From contig DF236988.1 of NCBI GenBank assembly GCA_000708835.1, positions 1 through 64,000 on the forward strand: a stretch of 64,000 bases of DNA, written 5' to 3'. This document shows positions 31,901 to 43,008 of this stretch, piece after piece. Position 1 is the stretch's first letter; each line of letters starts with the position of its first letter. A program made the translations under genes and the position numbers. This stretch comes from Klebsormidium nitens. Its lineage: Eukaryota > Plantae > Klebsormidiophyceae. The notes beneath the pieces are model-generated. The model saw nothing but the letters and a program-made list of their open reading frames with translations. It made no database searches and was not told where the DNA came from.

Positions 31901-33336
31901 TCTTCGTTGCTAAAAGCCCGAACGGTTTTTACTTTTCCCAGGATCTTCGGCGGGTTTGGTGTATGTTTTGCAGAACGATTGTTATGAAACATATATACAG
32001 CGACTTACCACTTTACGGGTGCTTCGTTCTGCAGGAGTCTCCTCTGCATCCAGTCGGCGGGTCCAGCCCCCAGCACCCCGTTCCCCGCCCCGGTTTCCCG
32101 CCCGCCTCGCCCCCCTTCCACCTCCGCAAAACCCAAAGCCCTGCCACGGGCCTACCCTCAAGCGCGTCCCCCCCTCACCGCTCCCTCTACAAACTCCCCT
32201 CGTTTGTCGATATTCCCAACGATTCAGTCGTCGAACGAGGCCCCGGAGAAGTTGCTCCACAAACGGGGGCCTGGAGCCGTGCCCGCACAATGCCCCCCGA
32301 AAGGACGCGGGACCCGTTCTCCCTGGAGACGATTGGCTCGCGCAGCCTGCACCCCCCCCGCAAGGCGAGCCCGCAAGTGAACACCTACGACATCTGGGGA
32401 ACGCACTTCGGGCCCATTGGCAGCCGGCCACCTGGCGCGGCAGGATTGGACGAGAGCCTCTCCCCGCGGGGGATCCCCCCGGACCAAGACGGCGACCTCT
32501 CCAGCCTCTTCGCCCAAAGCGCGTTCGGCGCAAACCCCATCCGCCCCCCCGGTTCGCAAGCCCCCGGGTCCAACCGCTCGCAAGCGTACCCCAGCCTTTC
32601 CCCAGTGAGCTCCCCCCGTTCTGTTCCGGGGGGCACGAACCCCTTCTCCTCGGCTTTCCCCGGCTTCTCCGTCTTCGCGTCCCAGGCCCCCCCTACCGCA
32701 AACGCCTCCTTCTCGGACTCGGTCTGGTCTCGCGCGCCGGCCGCGTCCGCCGCCAACGTTCCCTTCGGCGCTCTGAGCCAGGTCGCGCGCTCCCCCCCTG
32801 CCAGCACATTCCCCGACGCCCCGAGCACCATCTTCGGCCGCAGCAGCCTTGCCAACTCGACCCCCCGGGCAGCGGACCCCGCAACCCTCTTCCGCGAGTC
32901 GTCCCCGAGCTTGTACGCTAACCCACCGCTAACCCGGAACCAACATTCCCGGGACCTGAAGGAAAACCTGGAGCCTCGGGGGGGGTCGTTTGGCGGGGGT
33001 TCCGGTTACCGGGGAAGTGCGTATGGGAGCCCCCCGGAGCGCGCGTCCGCGTTTTCCGCTTATTCCAAGCCGTTTGAACCAAGTTCGGGGTCCGTCTTCG
33101 GTGCCCGGGCGTTGCCTCCGAGTTCGCTCTGGGGGCCGGACGGAATTGAGGCCCCGCTGGTGTCGCCGAGGCGGCAGGGGCTTGGCGGCGAGGCTTTCAG
33201 GAGGGCCCCGGGCAGAGAACTGGGCGCGACGTCATTGGACGCTGGCCGACCATTGCAAGAAGGTTCTGATCCACACACAGGAGCGACCGGGCATAACCAC
33301 GATGGGAGGGGCCACAAGCTCGAGAAACTAGAATAA
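25940..33336 (+). CDS. TMEM131: TMEM131-like type I membrane protein, about 2000-2100 aa. Exons 25940-28798 (possible in-frame intron 26216-26449), 29234-30802, 31130-31723, 32035-33336.
   Basis: Signal peptide; repeated Ig/PapD-like beta domains (VEIINTSEDSPVTLFSVSTDNQQF...FLPVKSGSAEATLLVQSSAGGFLIQMHGWG; LFLHNNLTLLEEIELIAAGGSG); one TM segment (AYLWAAGAVFCAVTFAYGTFLW); low-complexity tail with a YDIWGTHF motif; in-frame splice sites. Confidence 0.85.
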
Positions 33337-33955
33337 GGCCCTGCGTTTCCATTCTCTGCTCGACGACGAAGAGCAGATTCCGAAGCGCAAGCAAGAGATC
33401 AGTCAAATCTTGATCACAGCGCGGGTAGAGTGTATTTAAAAGCCTGTACTTAAAATTCGGAAGCAGTGGCCTTGAAGAAAAGTCGAGTTGCTATCTACTA
33501 GACAATTGAAAGCATTGGATTTTCTGTTGGACGCCCAGTGTAACGCAAAGAATGCATCAGCAAGTTTTAAAGCCCGTTTGCATGGCCGGGCCGTCTGCAT
33601 GCAATGGGTAACATTGCTGCATTCTCTGCACTGATATTGAACATGGGCTGCCGGCGCAGCTAGCCCAATCGATTAAAGGAGATCGATCTCTGAGTCCATG
33701 CTTACAGTACGTAGGTATGATTGATGCATATTCGAATCTGACTGAGCATGGTGCTATGTACCTCATGGATACATTACAGTTACGCTGGTCGGGGTGACTT
33801 ATGGTGAACTTGATCAACGGCTAAGTTAGTATGAGAGTCGACCAAAGATATATTGCGCGGACTCATGGTGCGATATACGCCCGCGCTACAGCTTTGCAGA
33901 AACCGTCGTGATCTGCACTTATACACTCGGTGAATTGCACATGTGCACCATGTTA

Positions 33956-34148
33956 GGGTGCGCGTCGACCGAAAAGCTGCAAAAAGCTTTCCAGATTTTC
34001 GAGCCAATCAGATGGTTCCGTATGTCCACGTGGTTCGGAAGGTACATACCAGAGCAGTAGTTCGGCCTGAAAAGTATCGTACCTCCAACATGGTGGTGCT
34101 ACAAAGGCAACACTGGAGGCCAAGTAGGTTTTCGGTCGACTCGCACCC
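33956..34148. mobile_element. PIF/Harbinger-type (Tourist-like) MITE, 193 bp
   Basis: 20-bp terminal inverted repeats gggtgcgcgtcgaccgaaaa / ttttcggtcgactcgcaccc (19/20 match), flanked by TTA on both sides (33953-33955 and 34149-34151). Confidence 0.85.
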
Positions 34149-34578
34149 TTATGCATGCATGCAGCCCCGGGACCTCTACTGGAGGCCGAGAGTTGATCCG
34201 CTGCTGCAGCACTGCTTGCGCAGAGTCGTACTTGATCCCTGAGAAAAGAACCAGCAACGGCCCTCTCCTTCTCCAATCCATCCTTACATAGGGTAGGAGA
34301 TTATCGCTCTGGGCGACCCAGCAATCCCGTAAGCGTTTGTAGCGACTCCCTCGCAGCTTGTATTGGTCTTGCAAACTCTCTCCGGACTCGCTTCACCGTT
34401 ACTCAAAAATTACTCTGCACCGAGTATTCCTGAGAAGCGATCCACAGACATTTGTCTTATGAGTGACTCAGAACTCTTTAAAAGACTTTTGGAATTCTCT
34501 GATGGACCTGTGGGCTTTTTCGCGCTTTAGCGACCCTGCTTCTATCAGCATCTCTCTATCGGCCGCCTCGCTAGCCCA

Positions 34579-36237
34579 TTATTCAACATCATCGCCGCTC
34601 GCTTCTGAATCTTCCTCCTCAGGTGCTACGGCTGCTTTCTCACTCAGCCAACATAGGGTCACCCAGACCAGATAGACTGTTCCAATCAGAAGTGCGGTGA
34701 CGATGATCAAGATCGACTCCCCAAAAGCCACATTCAAGTAGACACAAAATCCTTTGGGCTCCCCAACCGGATCCTGCCATCCTGACTCCCCTGCAGGTGA
34801 CCTCCCGCCGTATGGCTCCCACAATTGCGGGCAACTGGTGTCAAAGTGACCAACGTAGAAGTTAAGCACGCTGGTTTGACACAGGCGCAGAACCAGGTTT
34901 CTTCCGTCTGGCCTGGAAGCCAGGAACTGGTTCAGCCCCTGAGAGGGGTCAGGGAGAGCAACCGGGCCCACTCGAGTGTGCCAGGTGTCTCGAACCGTGC
35001 ACCTTATTGCTCGGGGCGTCGCATGAGCAGCCCAAAGAGCAAAGATAGAAAAGACGGCCACGAAACACATTTTCCAAGGAGGAGAGCCATTCGCTCCGCC
35101 AACGTTTCCCGCCTTTCTCCGTCAGAATTTTGGTTTCCATTCCCCTTTTCTGCGTCTGAAATACAAGCCGTCCCTGCCTCAGCCTGCGACGAACTCGAAC
35201 GTGCCGCAGGCTCCACACTGAAGCTTGTCTTCCCCGGAGAAGGAGCTTCTTCCGGCACATAGCCCACGCACCCTTGGCAGCATAACACCACGAGGAACAC
35301 TACAATGAATGCCAATACGGAGCTCCAGATTGTGAGGCTGAGAAAGTCCACTAGAGCCAGCCCCTTATGGTCCCACACTGAGGCGCTCTGGTGGTGCGTG
35401 TTATAGATTCTTGGGGGGGGTGCCTCGCAGGCGTTATAACCGGGAACTTGCACCTGGTAAAAGTCGTAGCTGGGTCCCGGTGTCAGGGACGCGCACTTAA
35501 TTACCTGGAGAGACAAAAACAAAGTGATGAATATGCTGGAACAACAGACGCACACCTGATCGCCTGGAGGGGCAGAAACTGAAGTTATGAGTATCCTGAA
35601 ACCCACCATTGCAAAGCAATCGGAGGAATCAGCACGGACTCTTTGTGGACCAACCTGCAGTCTTTTACATGTGATCTGTGAGACACGGCTACCGATTCAA
35701 GTTACTTAAACCCTGGGGGTCGAGTAAACCTCTGAGCAGTCCCCCCATGCCAGGCTCGTGCCAAGCGCTCTTCATACTGGAGAAGCTAGCCGTTAGTCAC
35801 CGCCAAAGCAGCGAGAATAGTGGTAACTCCCATTTTACCTGGGAGCCATCTCACTAAAGATGTGAGTTATCCGTGCAAACAAACAACAAATCCTAATCAA
35901 CAGATCACGCGCTCCGCACTCGAGCTCAATCTAATTAACAAACCAACCCTTAGCCCGTCTCCCGGGCGTTTATTCAAAGTTGAACGGTGAAATGGGAGTT
36001 ACCAGAGTGCAGCGAGAAAAGCGTCGCACTTGCTCACCTGGAGGGGTACTGCCCGGGTTTGTTCACCGAGCGCCGGGTTGGTCCAGTTGGAGGCGTGGCG
36101 AGCAGGAACGCGTTCACCAGGGACGGCTCGGGGAGAGAGAGGAAGGGCTCACTGGCGCCTTGGGCTAAAGTGGCGCAGAGGAAACATGCAGAGAGGAGCG
36201 CCATCAGCCGACGCTGCTGAGTGACTGGGGGCGCCAT
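34579..36237 (-). pseudogene. Paralog A of an orphan membrane-protein family: exons 36237-36038 and 35504-34579, two apparent frameshifts (about 36096 and about 35071)
   Basis: Homologous to 38031-39122 and 40739-41785 (QGASEPFLSLPEPSLVNAFLLA; LQ|VIKCASLTP; GPVALPDPSQGLNQFL; LNFYVGHFDTSCPQLWEPYGGR). 533-nt GT-AG intron at 36037-35505. Confidence 0.75.
35818..36008. mobile_element. MITE-like element (about 191 bp) inside the paralog A intron
   Basis: Inverted repeats tggtaactcccattttacc (35821-35839) and ggtgaaatgggagttacca (35986-36004), 18/19 match. Direct repeat gcagcgagaa on both flanks (35808-35817 and 36009-36018), consistent with a 10-bp target-site duplication. Confidence 0.7.
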
Positions 36238-38030
36238 CTTGGGAGATGTGTGTGTGCAGCACAGCGCTTCTCTATCGGCCTCAGCTGAATCATTCAGTGA
36301 ATGCGGACATATTGAAGGTGACTTTTATTGCTAGCTGGAACGTTGCGCACGCGCGGCTGCCACGGCGAGGTTTCAAGCCCGAGCAGGCAGGGCTTCAAGG
36401 GTTTAAGCTATGAGGGCGGCCGCGGCCGCCCAGCACTTTAAGATTCGAATCAATGATGATGATGACGCGGCCGTCGCGTCCGGCTGGCGGCACAGGCGGC
36501 CGCGCCAGGTAAGCGGCCGCGTCAACTTCGCGAACCGCCCCGACGATGGCCAGAAAATCCACTGTGACTTACTGTAGCATGTCTCGGCAGACTGTGATTA
36601 CCCTGACAGGTTGATCATAATAGAAAGATCGTGAACAGTAAGCGAGCAATCCTCCGTGCCTACAACTTCGGCGTGAGAGCTCCTGGTACTGTGTTTCGTT
36701 GACGTCGCGCTTGTAAGGGGGGCCAGCAGCGACGCTGCGAATACAATAAGTTCATCTGCACTCGTTCAAGCACAAACCAAAGCATGCCTCGAGTGCGAAG
36801 GTGGATCCGCAATCGGTTTCGTCAATGCGTCTGCCGTAGGTCTTACGCATTCGATTAGAACGTTATCCCAAAAACAAATAGATTGTGCAGCGCTGTTGGT
36901 GTCAAAGGTTTCAAAGATTAGTCTCTCACGTCCACACCAAGCAACAGCTGGCGTCTTCATAAAGACCTGAGCCCGCGAATTGTTCTACTTGCGCTTGAAG
37001 AAGGCGTAGGGGGACCGACCGGTCTCCTGACCTCACATGGCGACCATATACTGATCACTCTGCGCTTGTGTCGCCAAGAGGCCCAGGTGGTGGTGACATT
37101 ACCCGAGCTCTTATACCTGACCGGTGCTGACGTTTCGGGCCGGCCCGGTGTGACGTCCTCTTTAAGGACAAAGAGGACGTGCTCTTCCTTCGCGGCTACT
37201 TTCGAAAGGTCACCCTTTTTGCGTCTCCTCTCCCTTGCCATATCGAGAAGCCAGGCACTCTGACAAAATTCATGCCTCGCGGACTAGAGCGTTCAGCTTC
37301 AAGCGAGTTACGAGTATGGAGACACGCCCGAAGGCTCACGACGTCCATGAGAACCATGTGAAGAATTAACATCGTGGTTCAGATCGCAAATGCTTTTAGT
37401 TGAATCCTCAAAAGCAAGCATTTGACCTGACTCGCAAAGGCACAACGGCAGCTTACTTGCTTTCACAGCCTGCAGTCCTGTTTTGGACATAAGTTAACTG
37501 GAAAGAAAGACGGCACTTGTCTTACAATATCAGGGCGGTAGTGAATATGAACGGATTGATTGAGCATGTGAGCACCATATGGAAGGCAAAGGTATTTTCA
37601 GAGTTACGATACGGCGCGATTAGCATACAAAATACCCACTCTCCGAAAGCCAGATTCTTTTTAAGTGTACGTGCCGATGGCAAGATCATGAGAACGTGAA
37701 ATGCACGCGAGCTCAAAGCAAATTAGTCTGCGGAAACTTGCATAGCCCATGTCATACTTTACCGTTATGTACCTTGTTGTAGCACTTTGGTGAATATGAG
37801 TCATCATGAATGCAATAGCTGCCCTTTGGTGCTCTCTAAAAGCTGTGCTTTGCAGAATTCTCTCAATTCAGAGCCCTGTCCTGTCTTATTCTGTAACGGC
37901 CGACTGTATTGTTTGCCTTTCTAACCCAGCTGACTCTGGGGCCCTTGTTCGACTGATACGTACTTAGGACTTTTGAAATTAGCTACTCAAGTAGTGTGAC
38001 CTCCTCTTCCAGAACCTTCTATACGGATCT

Positions 38031-39122
38031 TTATGCACCGGTAGCCCGGGTTCGAGTGAGGAGCTGCCCCACCTTTGCGGGGAAAGCAAGCAGATAAAGA
38101 AAGATAACAATAGGTCCGGCACACGAGAGCTTCACATACGAACAAAAGAAACTTTCGATTTTTCTCTCTCGTTCGGAATCCATCGGCCAACGCCCAGCGT
38201 ACGGATTCCCCAGTTGAGCACGGCTGGTGTTAAGCTGACCCACGTAGAAGTTGAGCGTGTCCGTTTGACACACTTTGAGAGTGAGGTTCCGCGGTCCACC
38301 GTTTGCAGTGGTCAGAAACTGGTTCAGCCCCTCAGATGGGTCGGGAAGACCGACCGGGCCATCGAGACCTCTCCAAGTCCTTGAAGTAAAGCATTTGCTT
38401 GCCCGGGGTGTGGCCAGCCCGGCCAAAACCGCTGGTATGAAGGCCACCGCGAAAGCTAGTAAGATTCTCTTCGAAAGCATTGTAGGGTTTCCTCGCTCGT
38501 CGCGTAAGGCGTCCCAGACAACTTTTTTCCAATCAGTTGCTGGATCTACTGTTTCCGAACCTATCGAAGCATTGCAAGGCGCTTCGGATGAGGATGTGCT
38601 CACAGCCTGAAGTTCCACATGCCCTTCACTTGCCTTCTTGACGTCTTGGACAAGGCGGATAATGGAGTAGGGGATACCGAACCCAAGCAGGACAAGAAAC
38701 GTGATGAAAACCGTAAGACTAACAAACGCAACAAGAAATGTCGTCACTGGGTGGCCCCAGACCTTATACTCCTGGTGGTGCGTGGAAAAAACTCTAGGGG
38801 GGGGTCTCTCGCAGGCTTGGGTGGGAGGCTGAATCTGGTAAAAGTCGTAGCTAAGCCCCCCTGGCGGCGTGAGAGACGCGCATTTGATCACCTGGAGAGG
38901 CGCCGGTCCAGTCTGCCCCGGGGTTTGTTCACCGAGCACAGGGTTTGTCCAGTTGGAGGCGTTGGCAAGCAGGAACGCGTTCAGGGATGGCTCGGGGACA
39001 GCCAAGCAGCCCTCGCTGGCGCCTTGACCAAATTGGGGAGCGTAGCTGATTAGGAGAAAAAGCAGCCAGCTTAGGTACGACATGAAGGACAAAAGAGGCA
39101 CCATAGCGTGCGGTAGCGCCAA
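38031..39122 (-). CDS. Paralog B, orphan multi-pass membrane protein, 363 aa
   Basis: Open ORF: signal peptide, luminal domain, TM segment, loop, TM segment, second luminal domain, TM segment. Strong similarity to paralogs A and C. Confidence 0.8.
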   Translation of the reverse strand: MALPHAMVPLLSFMSYLSWLLFLLISYAPQFGQGASEGCLAVPEPSLNAFLLANASNWTNPVLGEQTPGQTGPAPLQVIKCASLTPPGGLSYDFYQIQPPTQACERPPPRVFSTHHQEYKVWGHPVTTFLVAFVSLTVFITFLVLLGFGIPYSIIRLVQDVKKASEGHVELQAVSTSSSEAPCNASIGSETVDPATDWKKVVWDALRDERGNPTMLSKRILLAFAVAFIPAVLAGLATPRASKCFTSRTWRGLDGPVGLPDPSEGLNQFLTTANGGPRNLTLKVCQTDTLNFYVGQLNTSRAQLGNPYAGRWPMDSERERKIESFFCSYVKLSCAGPIVIFLYLLAFPAKVGQLLTRTRATGA

Positions 39123-39180
39123 CGTTGGGAGTTCCTGCCTTGATTATCTTGAGGAGCCTTTTTAGGGGTATTTCTCGATC

Positions 39181-39334
39181 CAGTGAACAGCAAGCCCAGT
39201 GAACAGTAAGCATTTTGGGGTTACTAAAAACCCTAACCTAGAAGATCACCCGCTCCGCACCCGTACCCACCCTAACCCCCTGACTAACCCTACCCGTCTC
39301 CGTTACTGTTCACCGGCTGTTACTGTTCACTACA
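39181..39334. mobile_element. MITE-like element (about 154 bp) just upstream of paralog B
   Basis: Each end has two GTGAACAG(C/T)AA motifs in inverted orientation (cagtgaacagcaagcccagtgaacagtaag ... ttactgttcaccggctgttactgttcact). tcgatc flanks both sides (39175-39180 and 39335-39340). Confidence 0.6.
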
Positions 39335-40738
39335 TCGATCGGGATTTTTTAGGGGAGTTTGTCCGTACTTCCAGAGGCGGCCGTTCAGTCCAAAGCGCCC
39401 GGCTCTCGCGTGCTGAGCGGCCGCGGCCGCGCCACTGCCGGGCAGGTTCAGGGTTTGGGAAATGGTTCCCCGGACTTCGCTGCGCGCCTAACCCGCGGCC
39501 GCCGCGCCATGGCGAGGACGGCCAGTACCAAAAACGAAACAGGCCGATCTGAGAGCCCGTTCTAAACTCTCCGCAGGTGAATCACGCAAAGACAGCGCAG
39601 CCAAAACGCGCTATTCAAGTTTCTGACATCCACCTGCTTGAGGATCCGCGAAAGTAGCGAGTTTCTACTATGTATGCCGACGCAATCTTATCTTTGCGAA
39701 GCTCCGTCCCCCCGCGAATCACCGCGGGTGGAGAAATAGAAAACTTGGTGCACATTGATGATCTTCGTCCAAGTACGTTGCCTTTCACCTGATCTCGAGC
39801 AATCAAACTGTTTCGGAGAATCCGAAGCAGTAGCCCAAAACCAGTCAAACAAGCTGCTCACAATATCCTTCGACAAGTCAGAAAGAAATATCAATTTGTC
39901 TTACCGCGGAGAAGCCCAAATGCTCTCAAAAAAGAAGGCTGTCTCGGGGCCGCTTCCACCGACTTTCACTGTCGCACTTTGCTCCTTGACTTAGCAATGC
40001 TTTACGGAGAAGGTTTACGGCGCATAATTAGTACATGATGAAGGACACGGTTAAAGGCTCACGATACGCACAGAAACATTGTAGAGATCTACGCTCGTGC
40101 TTCTACTGGAACTGCTCATGGGCTGGATTAGGTTCAAGCGTTCATTCTGCAAACTCAGCACGACAGCCGACTCCTTTCGATTGAATCACAACCCATTCTT
40201 TCATTACGGTTCCTGTCTGGGCTATGAAGATGATAGTGGCATTGTTCATGGCGCCGTTGGCAGTCTCAGTAATCAAAGGACTACTCTAATTCCGTTACAA
40301 CTTGTGAGACATACGTGTGAACTGAGAAGCCCAGACTTCTGAATACATGCGAGCACGCACATCACTCGCGAAATGCATTGTCCATTTATTTTACGTAACC
40401 AGGCCCGTTTCAGGCGGTGCAGATGTTCATTTTCATAGGATCTTTTACAGGAGCCCGAGTCGCATATACTTTCTGGATGAGTTGTTGCCTTCATGCGTCC
40501 TTTGCAAGACTAAATTCTGATCCTGAGAGATCATTTTAAGCTCCCGTCTCATCTCTTTATCTTTGACGAGTGGACTGCACTTTCGAACTTCTGTCTCATA
40601 ACGTTGAACTAAAGCGAGACCCTTGTTGACTGATACTATCAAAGAGAACTCTTTTAAACTTGGACCTTGCTAATCAGCTGTGCGCATTCTCGGCTCCCCT
40701 TTCCAGGTCCGTCTCGGCGGAAGCACCATGAGCCCGGT

Positions 40739-41785
40739 TTAAAAGACTCCGGGGCTTCGCCATTTTATGATAAGAATCGAAGCTACAAATGCCAGGACAA
40801 AGGGAGTCTCATCGCGCGAGAGCGTCACGTAGTTACGAAAGGAACTTACAATATCTCCTTCCCGCTCGTACTCAATTGGCCAACGTCCACCGTACGGGTC
40901 TCCCAACTGAGCACAGCTGGTGTCAAGCTGGCCCACATAAAAGTTGAGGGTCGCCGTTTGACACGGTTTCAGACTAACGCTCTGCAGTCCAACGTTCTGT
41001 CCGACGTCCAGTCCCATGTTTGCAGATTGCAAAAACTGGTTCAGCCCCTCAGATGGGTCGGGGAGACCAACCGGGCCGTCGAGGGCAGTCCAAGTCCTTG
41101 AGGTGAAGCATTCTCTCGCAGGGCGTGTGAACCGCGCAGCCAGAATAGCGGGAACAAGCGTCGCGGCGAACCCCAGTAGGAGAATCTTCCGGAGCGGTGT
41201 AGGTTTTACATGCTCGTCGCCGCATAGATCCCTCTCCCCTCCAGTCTCCAAAGCTGATGAGTCCCCCGCTGAACAAGCACCGGCAGGCTCTTTGCTGACG
41301 GGTTGAAGCTCCACATGCCGAGCTTCGTTAACGGTGTCGTGAACCACGAAATATATGATGTATGGTATGGCCAATCCAACCACGACAAGAAACGAGCTGA
41401 ACATCGTGAGACAAAAGAACGCAAGCAGGGATGTCGTCACAGGGTGGCCCCAAACCTCATACTCCTGGTGGTGCGTGGAAAACACTCTTGGGGGGGGTCT
41501 TTCGCAGGCGTAGCTGGGGGGCTGAACCTGATAAAGGTAATAGCTAAGCCCCCCCGGGGGCGTGAGAGACGCGCATTTGATCACCTGAAGAGGCGCCACT
41601 CCATTTTGCCTCGGGTTTTGTTTACCGAGCACCGGGTTTGTCCAGTTTGAGCAGTTGGCCAGCAGGAACTCGTTCACCAGGGTTGGCTCGGGGAGACACA
41701 GGAAGGGCTCGCTGGCGCCTTGAGCACCTAAGATTGTGCTGCAGGCTATGAAAACGAGCCATGTAGAGAGCTTGAGCGTCGCCAT
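40739..41785 (-). CDS. Paralog C, orphan multi-pass membrane protein, 348 aa
   Basis: Open intronless ORF with the same architecture as paralog B (VIKCASLTPPGGLSY..YQ.QPP..ACERPPPRVFSTHHQEY.VWGHPV is nearly identical). Confidence 0.82.
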   Translation of the reverse strand: MATLKLSTWLVFIACSTILGAQGASEPFLCLPEPTLVNEFLLANCSNWTNPVLGKQNPRQNGVAPLQVIKCASLTPPGGLSYYLYQVQPPSYACERPPPRVFSTHHQEYEVWGHPVTTSLLAFFCLTMFSSFLVVVGLAIPYIIYFVVHDTVNEARHVELQPVSKEPAGACSAGDSSALETGGERDLCGDEHVKPTPLRKILLLGFAATLVPAILAARFTRPARECFTSRTWTALDGPVGLPDPSEGLNQFLQSANMGLDVGQNVGLQSVSLKPCQTATLNFYVGQLDTSCAQLGDPYGGRWPIEYEREGDIVSSFRNYVTLSRDETPFVLAFVASILIIKWRSPGVF

Positions 41786-43008
41786 GGGGTGCTGAACGAA
41801 AGAAGCCGCCAGCTCTTTTGCTGCAAATATTCGCCTGTGCTCTGGATTGATAAATGGCGGTCCGCCGAGGCGTCACGTGGACGCGGCCGCGGCGCGCGTA
41901 CCTAGGCGCGCCACGCGGCCGCGACCTGCGACCCGCGACCTGCCCGCAAGTGTGCACGCGCTTGCGGACTGCTAAGTGGACCGGCGCCAGGCACGTGACG
42001 CGGCCGGTTGCGGAGGGACGCTGTCCGTCTGGACAGAAAAACACTGGAGCGCCGCCGGATTAGGGATCCAAGCCGGAGGGTCGACCGTAATACCACGCTT
42101 GGGGAGTTCATGGGATTCGAGATTAGACTCAGCTCTCGACAAGCCCACAAACGGCTGCTGCATTGAAATTGCCTATCGCTTGGCATATCACTGAAGCATT
42201 CTACTCAAACATGAAGTGAGAAATAAGCCTGGGCTTGGCGCCGTCTGCCCAGGATCTTTGGGGGGCAGTTTAAAGTCGATTTGCTTGTATGGACGAGCAT
42301 GGAGCTTTCCTTTCGCCGATCTTCCGAAGAGTCTCGTTGCCCCATCATCGGGATCCTGATTCCGGTGCTGAACAATGACTGCTAGTCGCGAAAGTCCTCC
42401 ATGTTCAAATAGTCCAACGAAGTGCCACGTCATGTGCCAACATGCAATATTCATGTCCATGACTTATAATCGCGATCGGGTGATAATTGCTGCGACCTTC
42501 GAGAAAGAAGTATATATGTGTGTGTTTGAGAGTGCATTCCAAGGATCACAAGGATCCAAATGTGATCATACGCACTTATGCTTGTAAGTTTTGAGGATCG
42601 AGTTACTACCTAGTACCGTCCGCCAGATAAACACATGATTCTTCGAATCCCGATCCCCTGTTCTGACCACCTTGGACCCGCGTTACCGCGTCGTACACAA
42701 TGTGGCAAGAAGATTCATTGTCGTGACCTAGCAAGATAGATGTGCCCATTTCTACTTCGAGTGAAGAGTTGAGCCCTAGACTAAACAGCTCTAAGTTTGA
42801 CAAGTCCAGGCCTGCGTGTGCAGCTGCTCTATGCAGGTTTTGCGCCACTTGCCCGGCTTTCTTTGGCACTCGGTTAATATCACTCAGTTAATAAAGAGGC
42901 TCTTTAAAAACTAGCTCAAAACTACGTGTTAGCAAGGTCTATCGGGAGGTTAACAGTCAATCCGACACAAAGTCACTAGCCCACGGGCCACAGTTCTGCT
43001 ATTGGCTC

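Noticed and set aside
33780-34007. SHTNLAVDQV resembling SF1 helicase motif Ia
   Set aside because: No Walker A or B in frame nearby, and the ORF runs into the MITE; likely chance.
36766-36960. ADALTKPI resembling the end of a Ty1/copia RNase H
   Set aside because: No upstream KHID motif, RT or LTRs; one short motif is insufficient.
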